DNA from: the human T2T-CHM13v2.0 reference genome, Homo sapiens
Direction: 5' to 3' (one strand)
DNA length: 64,000 nucleotides
Assembly (NCBI RefSeq): GCF_009914755.1
Contig: NC_060948.1
The notes beneath the pieces were generated by a model. The model did not search any database. It saw only the letters and a program-made list of their open reading frames with translations, and was not told where the DNA came from. Positions 29,901 through 44,900 of this stretch are shown here, piece by piece (position 1 is the first letter of the stretch; every line of letters starts with the position of its first letter). The translations under genes and the position numbers were made by a program.

Positions 29901-32900
29901 TGTATTAGAATGTAATGAACTTTAATGGAATGTACTCGAATGGATTCGACTGGAATGGAATGTTCTGGAAGTGAATGGACTCCAATGGAATGGATTCAAA
30001 AGGAATGGAATCGTACGGAATGGAATCTAATGGAATGGAATTAAATGGAAATGAATCAAATTGAATAGCACGGAATTGAATTGAATGGAATGGAATGCAA
30101 TGGAATCTAATGAAACGGAAAGGAATGGAATGGAATGGAATGGAATGGAATGGAATGGAATGGGCTGGAATGGAAAGGAATCGGAACGAATGGAATGGAA
30201 TCGAACTGAAGAGACTGGAATGGAATGCACTGGAATGGAAGGGAGTGTAATGGAAGGTTCTCGAAAAAAATGGAATCGAATGGAATGGAATTGAATGGAA
30301 CGGAATAGAGTCGAATGGAATTGAATGGAATGGAATGGACTGGAGTGAAATGGTATCGAACCACAAGGAATGGACAGGAATAGAATGGTCTCGAATTGAA
30401 TGGAATCGTATGGAATGGCATCAAACGGAATGGAATGGACAGCCACGGAATGGAATGCACTCGAATGCAATGGAGTCGAAACTAATGGACTGGAATAGAA
30501 TGGACTCGACTGGTACGGACTCCAATGGAATGGAATCGAATGGAAGGGAATCGAACGGAATGGACTCGAAGGGAAAAGACTGCAATGGAAAGGTCTCGAA
30601 TGGAATGGAAATTAATGGAATGGAATGGAATCGAATGAAATGGAGTCAAAAGGAATGGAATCGAATGGCAAGAAATCGAATGTAATGGAATCGCAAGGAA
30701 TTGATGTGAACGGAACGGAATGGAATGGAATCCAAAGGAATGGAATAGAATGGAATGGAATCGAATGGAAAGGACTCGAATGGAAATCACTCGAATAGAA
30801 TGCAATTTAATAAAATAGGATCAAATGGAATGGAATGGAATGGAAAGGAATCGAAACGAAAGGAATGGAGACAGATGGAATGGAATGGAACAGAGAGCAA
30901 TGGTATAGAATGGAATGGAATCATCTGGAATGGAATTGAATGGAATGGAATAATATGAAATGGAATGGAATGGAATGGAATGGAATGCCCTTGAATTAAA
31001 TGGACTGGAATGGAATGGACTCGAACAGAGTGGAATGGAAAGTGTTGAGATAGAATGGAATGGACTCCTTTGGAATGGTGTAGTATGCAATGCAATCGAC
31101 TGGCAGGGAATTAAAAGGAATGTAATCGAATGGATTGGACTGGAATGCAATGGACTCGAATAGATTGCAAACGGAATGCAAAGGAATGGAATGGAATAGT
31201 ATGGAATGGAATGGAAAGGAATGGAGTGGAATAGACTAGAGTGGAATGGAATGGACTGGAAAGCAATGGACTGGAATGGAACTTTCTTGAATGGACTGGA
31301 ATCAAGCGGAATGGAATGCAATGCAATCAAATGGCATGGAATAAAATAGAATGAAAGAGAATCAAATGGAATTGAATCGAATGGAATCGAATGGATTGGA
31401 AAGGAATAGAATGGAATGGAATGGAATGGACTAGAATGGAATGGATTCGAATGGAAGGCAAAGGAATGGAATCTATTGGAATGGACTGTAATGGAATGGA
31501 ATGGAAGGGATTGGAATGGACTCGAATGGAATGGACTGCAATAGAAAGGATTCGAATGGAATGAAAAAGAATTGAATGGAATAGAACAGAATGGAATCAA
31601 ATCGAATGAAATGGAATGGAATAGAAAGGAATGGAATGAAATGGAATGGAAAGGATTCGAATGGAATGCAATCGAATGGAATGGAATCGAACGGAATGGA
31701 ATAAAATGGAAGAAAACTGGCAAGAAATGGAATCGAAATGAATGGAGTGTTATGGAACAGACTCAAAAGGAATTGAATGTAATAGAATGGAGTGGAGTGG
31801 ACTCGAATATAATGGACTGGAATGGAATGAAATCACATGGAATGGGAACGAATGGAATGGAATGGAAAGGAATGGAATCGAATGGAAAGGAATCGAATGG
31901 AAGGGAATGAAATTGAATCAACAGGAATGGAAGGGAATAGAATAGACGGTAATGGAATGGACTCGAATAGAATGGACACGAATGCTCAAATTGAATGGAC
32001 TCGAATGGAATGGAAACGAAAGGAATGTCATCGAATGGAATTGAATCGATTGGAATGAAATCGCATAGAATGGAGTGGAATCAAATGGAATTGAATCGAA
32101 AGGAAAGGAAGCGAATGGACTGAAATGAAATGGAATGGAATTGAATGGAAAGTAATGCAATGGAAGAGAATGGAACGAAATTTCACGGAATGGAATCAAA
32201 CTGAATGGAATCAAATCAATGGAATATAATCAAATGGAATGGAAAGGAATTGAATGGAGTAGATTGGATTGGATGGGATTGGAATGAAATGTACTGGAAA
32301 GGACTCGAATTTCATGAAACGGAATGGAATGAATTGGAACGGAATGGACTCGAATGGAATGGAATGTCATGGAATGGCATCAAATGGAATGGCATCAAAT
32401 GGAATGGAATCGAATGCAATGGAATGCTATGGAATGGAATGGAATGCATTGGAATGGAATGTCCTCTAATGGAATGGATTCGAGTGGAATGGAATCGAAT
32501 ATAATGGAGTCGAATGAAATGGAATTGAAAGGAATGGGATCGAATACAATGGAATATACTGGAATGTAATGTAATGAACTCGAATGTAATTGACTGGAAT
32601 GGAATGTACATGAATGGAATGTAATCGAATGGAAAGTAATCCAATGGAATAGAATCTAATGCAATAAAATCGACTCAGATAGAGTAGAATGTAATGGAAT
32701 GGAGTGCAGTGCAATGGAATGGAATGGAATGGAATGCAATGGAATGGAATGGAATGGAATGGAATGGAATGGAATGGGATGGAATGGTATGGAGTGGATA
32801 GTAATGGACTGGAGTGAAATGGACTGGAAAGGAATGGACTCAAATTGAAAGGGCTCGAAAGGAATGGAGTCAAATGGAATGGTCTGGAATGGAATGAACA

Positions 32901-35900
32901 CGAAAGTAATGCAAACCAATAGAATGGAATCGAATGGCATGGAATATAAAGAAATGGAATCGAAGAGAATGGAAACAAATGGAATGGAATTGAATGGAAT
33001 GGAATTGAATGGAATGGGAACGAGTGGAGTGAAATTGTATGCAGTAGAAGGGAATAGAATGGAATGCAAGCGAAAGGAAAGGAATGGATTGGAATGGAAT
33101 GGAATTCATTGGAATGGAAGGGAATGTAGTGTAATGGACAGGCCTGGAATAAAGTGGAATGCTACGGTCTCGAATGGAATAAAAATGTATGGAATGGAAT
33201 GCAATGAAACGGAATCGAATGTCATAGAATGTAATGGAATGCAAAAAAATGGAATCCAAAATCATTGACTGGAAAGGCTGGGTGTCGAAAGGAATTGACT
33301 CCAATGGAATGGAATCGAATGGAATGGAAGTGAATAGAATCGAACTAAATCGAATGGAATGGAATTGATAGGAACGGAATGGAAAGGAATGCAATGATTT
33401 GGCATGGAATGGAATCGAATGGCATCGAATGGAATGGAATGGAATGCAATGGAATGGAATGTATTAGAATGTAATGAACTTTAATGGAATGTACTCGAAT
33501 GGATTCGACTGGAATGGAATGTTCTGGAAGTGAATGGACTCCAATGGAATGGATTCAAAAGGAATGGAATCGTACGGAATGGAATCTAATGGAAATGAAT
33601 CAAATTGAATAGCACGGAATTGAATTGAATGGAATGGAATGCAATGGAATCTAATGAAACGGAAAGGAAAGGAATGGAATGGAATGGAATGGGCTGGAAT
33701 GGAAAGGAATCGAAACGAATGGAATGGAATCGAACTGAAGAGACTGGAATGGAATGCACTGGAATGGAAGGGAGTGTAATGGAAGGTTCTCGACAAAAAT
33801 GGAATCGAATGGAATGGAATTGAATGGAACGGAATAGAGTCGAATTGAATTGAATGGAATGGAATGGACTAGAGTGAAATGGAATCGAACCACAAGGAAT
33901 GGACAGGAATAGAATGGTCTCGAATTGAATGGAATCGTATGGAATGGCATCAAACGGAATGGAATGGACAGCCACGGAATGGAATGCACTCGAATGCAAT
34001 GGAGTCGAAACTAATGGACTGGAATAGAATGGACTCGACTGGTACGGACTCCAATGGAATGGAATCGAATGGAAGGGAATCGAACGGAATGGACTCGAAG
34101 GGAAAAGACTGCAATGGAAAGGTCTCGAATGGAATGGAAATTAATGGAATGGAATGGAATCGAATGAAATGGAGTCAAAAGGAATGGAATCGAATGGCAA
34201 GAAATCGAATGTAATGGAATCGCAAGGAATTGATGTGAACGGAACGGAATGGAATGGAATCCAAAGGAATGGAATAGAATGGAATGGAATCGAATGGAAA
34301 GGACTCGAATGGAAATCACTCGAATAGAATGCAATTTAATAAAATAGGATCAAATGTAATGGAATGGAATGGAAAGGAATCGAAACGAAAGGAATGGAGA
34401 CAGATGGAATGGAATGGAACAGAGAGCAATGGTATAGAATGGAATGGAATCATCTGGAATGGAATTGAATGGAATGGAATAATATGAAATGGAATGGAAT
34501 GGAATGGAATGGAATGCCCTTGAATTAAATGGACTGGAATGGAATGGACTCGAACAGAGTGGAATGGAAAGTGTTGAGATAGAATGGAATGGACTCCTTT
34601 GGAATGGTCTAGTATGCAATGCAATGGACTGGCAGGGAATCAAAAGGAATGTAATCGAATGGAATGGACTGGAATGCAATGGACTCGAATAGATTGCAAA
34701 CGGAATGCAAAGGAATGGAATGGAATAGTATGGAATGGAATGGAAAGGAATGGAGTGGAATAGACTAGAGTGGAATGGAATGGACTGGAAAGCAATGGAC
34801 TGGAATGGAACTTTCTTGAATGGACTGGAATCAAGCGGAATGGAATGCAATGCAATCAAATGGCATGGAATAAAATAGAATGAAAGAGAATCAAATGGAA
34901 TTGAATCGAATGGAATCGAATGGATTGGAAAGGAATAGAATGGAATGGAATGGAATTGACTCAAATGGAATGGACTAGAATGGAATGGATTCGAATGGAA
35001 GGCAAAGGAATGGAATCTATTGGAATGGACTGTAATGGAATGGAAAGGAAGAGATTGGAATGGACTCGAATGGAATGGACTGCAATAGAAAGGATTCGAA
35101 TGGAATGAAAAAGAATTGAATGGAATAGAACAGAATGGAATCAAATCGAATGAAATGGAATGGAATAGAAAGGAATGGAATGAAATGGAATGGAAAGGAT
35201 TCGAATGGAATGCAATCGAATGGAATGGAATCGAACGGAATGGAATAAAATGGAAGAAAACTGGCAAGAAATGGAATCGAAATGAATGGAGTGTTATGGA
35301 ACGGACTCAAAAGGAATTGAATGTAATAGAATGGAGTGGAGTGGACTCGAATATAATGGACTGGAATGGAATGAAATCACATGGAATGGGAACGAATGGA
35401 ATGGAATGGAAAGGAATGGAATCGAATGGAAAGGAATCGAATGGAAGGGAATGAAATTGAATCAACAGGAATGGAAGGGAATAGAATAGACGGTAATGGA
35501 ATGGACTCGAATAGAATGGACACGAATGCTCAAATTGAATGGACTCGAATGGAATGGAAACGAAAGGAATGTCATCGAATGGAATTGAATCGATTGGAAT
35601 GAAATCGCATAGAATGGAGTGGAATCAAATGGAATTGAATCGAAAGGAAAGGAAGCGAATGGACTGAAATGAAATGGAATGGAATTGAATGGAAAGTAAT
35701 GCAATGGAATAGAATCGAACGAAGTTTCACGGAATGGAATCAAACTGAATGGAATCAAATCAATGGAATCTAATCAAATGGAATGGAAAGGAATTGAATG
35801 GAGTAGATTGGATTGGATGGGATTGGAATGAAATGTACTGGAAAGAACTCGAATTTCATGAAACGGAATGGAATGAATTGGAACGGAATGGACTCGAATG

Positions 35901-38900
35901 GAATGGAATGTCATGGAATGGCATCAAATGGAATGGCATCAAATGGAATGGAATCGAATGCAATGGAATGCTATGGAATGGAATGGAATGCATTGGAATG
36001 GAATGTCCTCTAATGGAATGGATTCGAGTGGAATGGAATCGAATATAATGGAGTCGAATGAAATGGAATTGAAAGGAATGGGATCGAATACAATGGAATA
36101 TACTGGAATGTAATGTAATGAACTCGAATGTAATTGACTGGAATGGAATGTACATGAATGGAATGTAATCGAATGGAAAGTAATCCAATGGAATAGAATC
36201 TAATGCAATAAAATCGACTCAGATAGAGTAGAATGTAATGGAATGGAGTGCAGTGCAATGGAATGGAATGGAATGGAATGCAATGGAATGGAATGGAATG
36301 GAATGGAATGGAATGGGATGGAATGGTATGGAATGGATAGTAATGGACTGGAGTGAAATGGACTGGAAAGGAATGGACTCAAATTGAAAGGGCTCGAAAG
36401 GAATGGAGTCAAATGGAATGGTCTGGAATGGAATGAACACGAAAGTAATGCAATCCAATAGAATGGAATCGAATGGCATGGAATATAAAGAAATGGAATC
36501 GAAGAGAATGGAAACAAATGGAATGGAATTGAATGGAATGGAATTGAATGGAATGGGAACGAATGGAGTGAAATTGTATGCAGTAGAAGGGAATAGAATG
36601 GAATGCAAGCGAAAGGAAAGGAATGGATTGGAATGGAATGGAATTCATTGGAATGGAAGGGAATGTAGTGTAATGGACAGGCCTGGAATAAAGTGGAATG
36701 CTACGGTCTCGAATGGAATAAAAATGTATGGAATGGAATGCAATGAAACGGAATCGAATGTCATAGAATGTAATGGAATGCAAAAAAATGGAATCCAAAA
36801 TCATTGACTGGAAAGGCTGGGTGTCGAAAGGAATTGACTCCAATGGAATGGAATCGAATGGAATGGAAGTGAATAGAATCGAACTAAATCGAATGGAATG
36901 GAATTGATAGGAACGGAATGGAAAGGAATGCAATGATTTGGCATGGAATGGAATCGAATGGCATCGAATGGAATGGAATGGAATGCAATGGAATGGAATG
37001 TATTAGAATGTAATGAACTTTAATGGAATGTACTCGAATGGATTCGACTGGAATGGAATGTTCTGGAAGTGAATGGGCTCCAATGGAATGGATTCAAAAG
37101 GAATGGAATCGTACGGAATGGAATCTAATGGAATGGAATTAAATGGAAATGAATCAAATTGAATAGCACGGAATTGAATTGAATCGAATCGAATGCAATG
37201 GAATCTAATGAAACGGAAAGGAATGGAGTGGAATGGAATGGAATGGAATGGGCTGGAATGGAAAGGAATCGAAACGAATGGAATGGAATCGAACTGAAGA
37301 GACTGGAATGGAATACACTGGAATGGAAGGGAGTGTAATGGAAGGTTCTCGAAAAAAATGGAATCGAATGGAATGGAATTGAATGGAACGGAATAGAGTC
37401 GAATGGAATTGAATGGAATGGAATGGACTAGAGTGAAATGGAATCGAACCACAAGGAATGGACAGGAATAGAATGGTCTCGAATTGAATGGAATCATATG
37501 GAATGGCATCAAACGGAATGGAATGGACAGCCACGGAATGGAATGCACTCGAATGCAATGGAGTCGAAACTAATGGACTGGAATAGAATGGACTCGACTG
37601 GTACGGACTCCAATGGAATGGAATCGAATGGAAGGGAATCGAACGGAATGGACTCGAAGGGAAAAGACTGCAATGGAAAGGTCTCGAATGGAATGGAAAT
37701 TAATGGAATGGAATGGAATCGAATGAAATGGAGTCAAAAGGAATGGAATCGAATGGCAAGAAATCGAATGTAATGGAATCGCAAGGAATTGATGTGAACG
37801 GAACGGAATGGAATGGAATCCAAAGGAATGGAATAGAATGGAATGGAATCGAATGGAAAGGACTCGAATGGAAATCACTCGAATAGAATGCAATTTAATA
37901 AAATAGGATCAAATGTAATGGAATGGAATGGAAAGGAATCGAAACGAAAGGAATGGAGACAGATGGAATGGAATGGAACAGAGAGCAATGGTATAGAATG
38001 GAATGGAATCATCTGGAATGGAATTGAATGGAATGGAATAATATGAAATGGAATGGAATGGAATGGAATGCCCTTGAATTAAATGGACTGGAATGGAATG
38101 GACTCGAACAGAGTGGAATGGAAAGTGTTGAGATAGAATGGAATGGACTCCTTTGGAATGGTCTAGTATGCAATGCAATCGACTGGCAGGGAATCAAAAG
38201 GAATGTAATCGAATGGATTGGACTGTAATGCAATGGACTCGAATAGATTGGAAACGGAATGCAAAGGAATGGAATGGAATAGTATGGAATGGAATGGAAA
38301 GGAATGGAGTGGAATAGACTAGAGTGGAATGGAATGGACTGGAAAGCAATGGACTGGAATGGAACATTCTTGAATGGACTGGAATCAAACGGAATGGAAT
38401 GCAATGCAATCAAATGGCATGGAATAAAATAGAATGAAAGAGAATCAAATGGAATTGAATCGAATGGAATCGAATGGATTGGAAAGGAATAGAATGGAAT
38501 GGAATGGAATTGACTCAAATGGAATGGACTAGAATGGAATGGATTCGAATGGAAGGCAAAGGAATGGAATCTATTGGAATGGACTGTAATGGAATGGAAT
38601 GGAAGGGATTGGAATGGACTCGAATGGAATGGACTGCAATAGAAAGGATTCGAATGGAATGAAAAAGAATTGAATGGAATAGAACAGAATGGAATCAAAT
38701 CGAATGAAATGGAATGGAATAGAAAGGAATGGAATGAAATGGAATGGAAAGGATTCGAATGGAATGCAATCGAATGGAATGGAATCGAACGGAATGGAAT
38801 AAAATGGAAGAAAACTGGCAAGAAATGGAATCGAAATGAATGGAGTGTTATGGAACGGACTCAAAAGGAATTGAATGTAATAGAATGGAGTGGAGTGGAC

Positions 38901-41900
38901 TCGAATATAATGGACTGGAATGGAATAAAATCACATGGAATGGGAACGAATGGAATGGAATGGAAAGGAATGGAATCGAATGGAAAGGAATCGAATGGAA
39001 GGGAATGAAATTGAATCAACAGGAATGGAAGGGAATAGAATAGACGGTAATGGAATGGACTCGAATAGAATGGACACGAATGCTCAAATTGAATGGACTC
39101 GAATGGAATGGAAACGAAAGGAATGTCATCGAATGGAATTGAATCGATTGGAATGAAATCGCATAGAATGGAGTGGAATCAAATGGAATTGAATCGAAAG
39201 GAAAGGAAGCGAATGGACTGAAATGAAATGGAATGGAATTGAATGGAAAGTAATGCAATGGAATAGAATCGAACGAAGTTTCACGGAATGGAATCAAACT
39301 GAATGGAATCAAATCAATGGAATCTAATCAAATGGAATGGAAAGGAATTGAATGGAGTAGATTGGATTGGATGGGATTGGAATGAAATGTACTGGAAAGA
39401 ACTCGAATTTCATGAAACGGAATGGAATGAATTGGAACGGAATGGACTCGAATGGAATGGAATGTCATGGAATGGCATCAAATGGAATGGCATCAAATGG
39501 AATGGAATCGAATGCAATGGAATGCTATGGAATGGAATGGAATGCATTGGAATGGAATGTCCTCTAATGGAATGGATTCGAGTGGAATGGAATCGAATAT
39601 AATGGAGTCGAATGAAATGGAATTGAAAGGAATGGGATCGAATACAATGGAATATACTGGAATGTAATGTAATGAACTCGAATGTAATTGACTGGAATGG
39701 AATGTACATGAATGGAATGTAATCGAATGGAAAGTAATCCAATGGAATAGAATCTAATGCAATAAAATCGACTCAGATAGAGTAGAATGTAATGGAATGG
39801 AGTGCAGTGCAATGGAATGGAATGGAATGGAATGCAATGGAATGGAATGGAATGGAATGGAATGGAATGGGATGGAATGGTATGGAATGGATAGTAATGG
39901 ACTGGAGTGAAATGGACTGGAAAGGAATGGACTCAAATTGAAAGGGCTCGAAAGGAATGGAGTCAAATGGAATGGTCTGGAATGGAATGAACACGAAAGT
40001 AATGCAATCCAATAGAATGGAATCGAATGGCATGGAATATAAAGAAATGGAATCGAAGAGAATGGAAACAAATGGAATGGAATTGAATGGAATGGAATTG
40101 AATGGAATGGGAACGAATGGAGTGAAATTGTATGCAGTAGAAGGGAATAGAATGGAATGCAAGCGAAAGGAAAGGAATGGATTGGAATGGAATGGAATTC
40201 ATTGGAATGGAAGGGAATGTAGTGTAATGGACAGGCCTGGAATAAAGTGGAATGCTACGGTCTCGAATGGAATAAAAATGTATGGAATGGAATGCAATGA
40301 AACGGAATCGAATGTCATAGAATGTAATGGAATGCAAAAAAATGGAATCCAAAATCATTGACTGGAAAGGCTGGGTGTCGAAAGGAATTGACTCCAATGG
40401 AATGGAATCGAATGGAATGGAAGTGAATAGAATCGAACTAAATCGAATGGAATGGAATTGATAGGAACGGAATGGAAAGGAATGCAATGATTTGGCATGG
40501 AATGGAATCGAATGGCATCGAATGGAATGGAATGGAATGCAATGGAATGGAATGTATTAGAATGTAATGAACTTTAATGGAATGTACTCGAATGGATTCG
40601 ACTGGAATGGAATGTTCTGGAAGTGAATGGGCTCCAATGGAATGGATTCAAAAGGAATGGAATCGTACGGAATGGAATCTAATGGAATGGAATTAAATGG
40701 AAATGAATCAAATTGAATAGCACGGAATTGAATTGAATCGAATCGAATGCAATGGAATCTAATGAAACGGAAAGGAATGGAGTGGAATGGAATGGAATGG
40801 AATGGGCTGGAATGGAAAGGAATCGAAACGAATGGAATGGAATCGAACTGAAGAGACTGGAATGGAATACACTGGAATGGAAGGGAGTGTAATGGAAGGT
40901 TCTCGAAAAAAATGGAATCGAATGGAATGGAATTGAATGGAACGGAATAGAGTCGAATGGAATTGAATGGAATGGAATGGACTAGAGTGAAATGGAATCG
41001 AACCACAAGGAATGGACAGGAATAGAATGGTCTCGAATTGAATGGAATCATATGGAATGGCATCAAACGGAATGGAATGGACAGCCACGGAATGGAATGC
41101 ACTCGAATGCAATGGAGTCGAAACTAATGGACTGGAATAGAATGGACTCGACTGGTACGGACTCCAATGGAATGGAATCGAATGGAAGGGAATCGAACGG
41201 AATGGACTCGAAGGGAAAAGACTGCAATGGAAAGGTCTCGAATGGAATGGAAATTAATGGAATGGAATGGAATCGAATGAAATGGAGTCAAAAGGAATGG
41301 AATCGAATGGCAAGAAATCGAATGTAATGGAATCGCAAGGAATTGATGTGAACGGAACGGAATGGAATGGAATCCAAAGGAATGGAATAGAATGGAATGG
41401 AATCGAATGGAAAGGACTCGAATGGAAATCACTCGAATAGAATGCAATTTAATAAAATAGGATCAAATGTAATGGAATGGAATGGAAAGGAATCGAAACG
41501 AAAGGAATGGAGACAGATGGAATGGAATGGAACAGAGAGCAATGGTATAGAATGGAATGGAATCATCTGGAATGGAATTGAATGGAATGGAATACTATGA
41601 AATGGAATGGAATGGAATGGAATGCCCTTGAATTAAATGGACTGGAATGGAATGGACTCGAACAGAGTGGAATGGAAAGTGTTGAGATAGAATGGAATGG
41701 ACTCCTTTGGAATGGTCTAGTATGCAATGCAATCGACTGGCAGGGAATCAAAAGGAATGTAATCGAATGGATTGGACTGTAATGCAATGGACTCGAATAG
41801 ATTGGAAACGGAATGCAAAGGAATGGAATGGAATAGTATGGAATGGAATGGAAAGGAATGGAGTGGAATAGACTAGAGTGGAATGGAATGGACTGGAAAG

Positions 41901-44900
41901 CAATGGACTGGAATGGAACATTCTTGAATGGACTGGAATCAAACGGAATGGAATGCAATGCAATCAAATGGCATGGAATAAAATAGAATGAAAGAGAATC
42001 AAATGGAATTGAATCGAATGGAATCGAATGGATTGGAAAGGAATAGAATGGAATGGAATGGAATTGACTCAAATGGAATGGACTAGAATGGAATGGATTC
42101 GAATGGAAGGCAAAGGAATGGAATCTATTGGAATGGACTGTAATGGAATGGAATGGAAGGGATTGGAATGGACTCGAATGGAATGGACTGCAATAGAAAG
42201 GATTCGAATGGAATGAAAAAGAATTGAATGGAATAGAACAGAATGGAATCAAATCGAATGAAATGGAATGGAATAGAAAGGAATGGAATGAAATGGAATG
42301 GAAAGGATTCGAATGGAATGCAATCGAATGGAATGGAATCGAACGGAATGGAATAAAATGGAAGAAAACTGGCAAGAAATGGAATCGAAATGAATGGAGT
42401 GTTATGGAACGGACTCAAAAGGAATTGAATGTAATAGAATGGAGTGGAGTGGACTCGAATATAATGGACTGGAATGGAATGAAATCACATGGAATGGGAA
42501 CGAATGGAATGGAATGGAAAGGAATGGAATCGAATGGAAAGGAATCGAATGGAAGGGAATGAAATTGAATCAACAGGAATGGAAGGGAATAGAATAGACG
42601 GTAATGGAATGGACTCGAATAGAATGGACACGAATGCTCAAATTGAATGGACTCGAATGGAATGGAAACGAAAGGAATGTCATCGAATGGAATTGAATCG
42701 ATTGGAATGAAATCGCATAGAATGGAGTGGAATCAAATGGAATTGAATCGAAAGGAAAGGAAGCGAATGGACTGAAATGAAATGGAATGGAATTGAATGG
42801 AAAGTAATGCAATGGAATAGAATGGAACGAAATTTCACGGAATGGAATCAAACTGAATGGAATCAAATCAATGGAATCTAATCAAATGGAATGGAAAGGA
42901 ATTGAATGGAGTAGATTGGATTGGATGGGATTGGAATGAAATGTACTGGAAAGGACTCGAATTTCATGAAACGGAATGGAATGAATTGGAACGGAATGGA
43001 CTCGAATGGAATGGAATGTCATGGAATGGCATCAAATGGAATGGCATCAAATGGAATGGAATCGAATGCAATGGAATGCTATGGAATGGAATGGAATGCA
43101 TTGGAATGGAATGTCCTCTAATGGAATGGATTCGAGTGGAATGGAATCGAATATAATAGAGTCGAATGAAATAGAATTGAAAGGAATGGGATCAAATACA
43201 ATGGAATATACTGTAATGTAACGTAATGAACTCGAATGTAATTGACTGGAATGGAATGTACATGAATGGAATGTAATCGAATGGAAAGTAATCCAATGGA
43301 ATAGAATCTAATGCAATAAAATCGACTCAAATGGAGTAGAATGTAATGGAATGGAGTGCAGTGCAATGGAATGGAATGGAATGGAATGCAATGGAATGGA
43401 ATGGAATGGGATGGAATGGTATGGAATGGATAGTAATGGACTGGAGTGAAATGGACTGGAAAGGAATGGACTCAAATTGAAAGGGCTCGAAAGGAATGGA
43501 GTCAAATGGAATGGTCTGGAATGGAATGAACACGAATGTAATGCAGTCCAATAGAATGGAATCGAATGGCATGGAATATAAAGAAATGGAATCGAAGAGA
43601 ATGGAAACAAATGGAATGGAATTGAATGGAATGGAATTGAATGGAATGGGAACGAATGGAGTGAAATTGTATGCAGTAGAAGAGAATAGAATGGAATGCA
43701 AGCGAAAGGAAAGGAATGGATTGGAAGGGAATGGAATTCATTGGAATGGAAGGGAATGTAGTGTAATGGACAGGCCTGGAATAAAGTGGAATGCTACGGT
43801 CTCGAATGGAATAAAAATGTATGGAATGGAATGCAATGAAACGGAATCGAATGTCATAGAATGTAATGGAATGCAAAAAAATGGAATCCAAAATCATTGA
43901 CTGGAAAGGCTGGGTGTCGAAAGGAATTGACTCCAATGGAATGGAATCGAATGGAATGGAAGTGAATAGAATCGAACTAAATCGAATGGAATGGAATTGA
44001 TAGGAACGGATTGGAAAGGAATGCAATGATTTGGCATGGAATGGAATCGAATGGCATCGAATGGAATGGAATGGAATGCAATGGAATGGAATGTATTAGA
44101 ATGTAATGAACTTTAATGGAATGTACTCGAATGGATTCGACTGGAATGGAATGTTCTGGAAGTGAATGGACTCCAATGGAATGGATTCAAAAGGAATGGA
44201 ATCGTACGGAATGGAATCTAATGGAATGGAATTAAATGGAAATGAATCAAATTGAATAGCACGGAATTGAATTGAATGGAATCGAATGCAATGGAATCTA
44301 ATGAAACGAAAAGGAAAGGAATGGAATGGAATGGAATGGGCTGGAATGGAAAGGAATCGAAACGAATGGAATGGAATCGAACTGAAGAGACTGGAATGGA
44401 ATGCACTGGAATGGAAGGGAGTGTAATGGAAGGTTCTCGACAAAAATGAAATCGAATGGAATGGAATTGAATGGAACGGAATAGAGTCGAATGGAATTGA
44501 ATGGAATGGAATGGACTAGAGTGAAATGGAATCGAACCACAAGGAATGGACAGGAATAGAATGGTCTCGAATTGAATGGAATCGTATGGAATGGCATCAA
44601 ACGGAATGGAATGGACAGCCACGGAATGGAATGCACTCGAATGCAATGGAGTCGAAACTAATGGACTGGAATAGAATGGACTCGACTGGTACGGACTCCA
44701 ATGGAATGGAATCGAATGGAAGGGAATCGAACGGAATGGACTCGAAGGGAAAAGACTGCAATGGAAAGGTCTCGAATGGAATGGAAATTAATGGAATGGA
44801 ATGGAATCGAATGAAATGGAGTCAAAAGGAATGGAATCGAATGGCAAGAAATCGAATGTAATGGAATCGCAAGGAATTGATGTGAACGGAACGGAATGGA

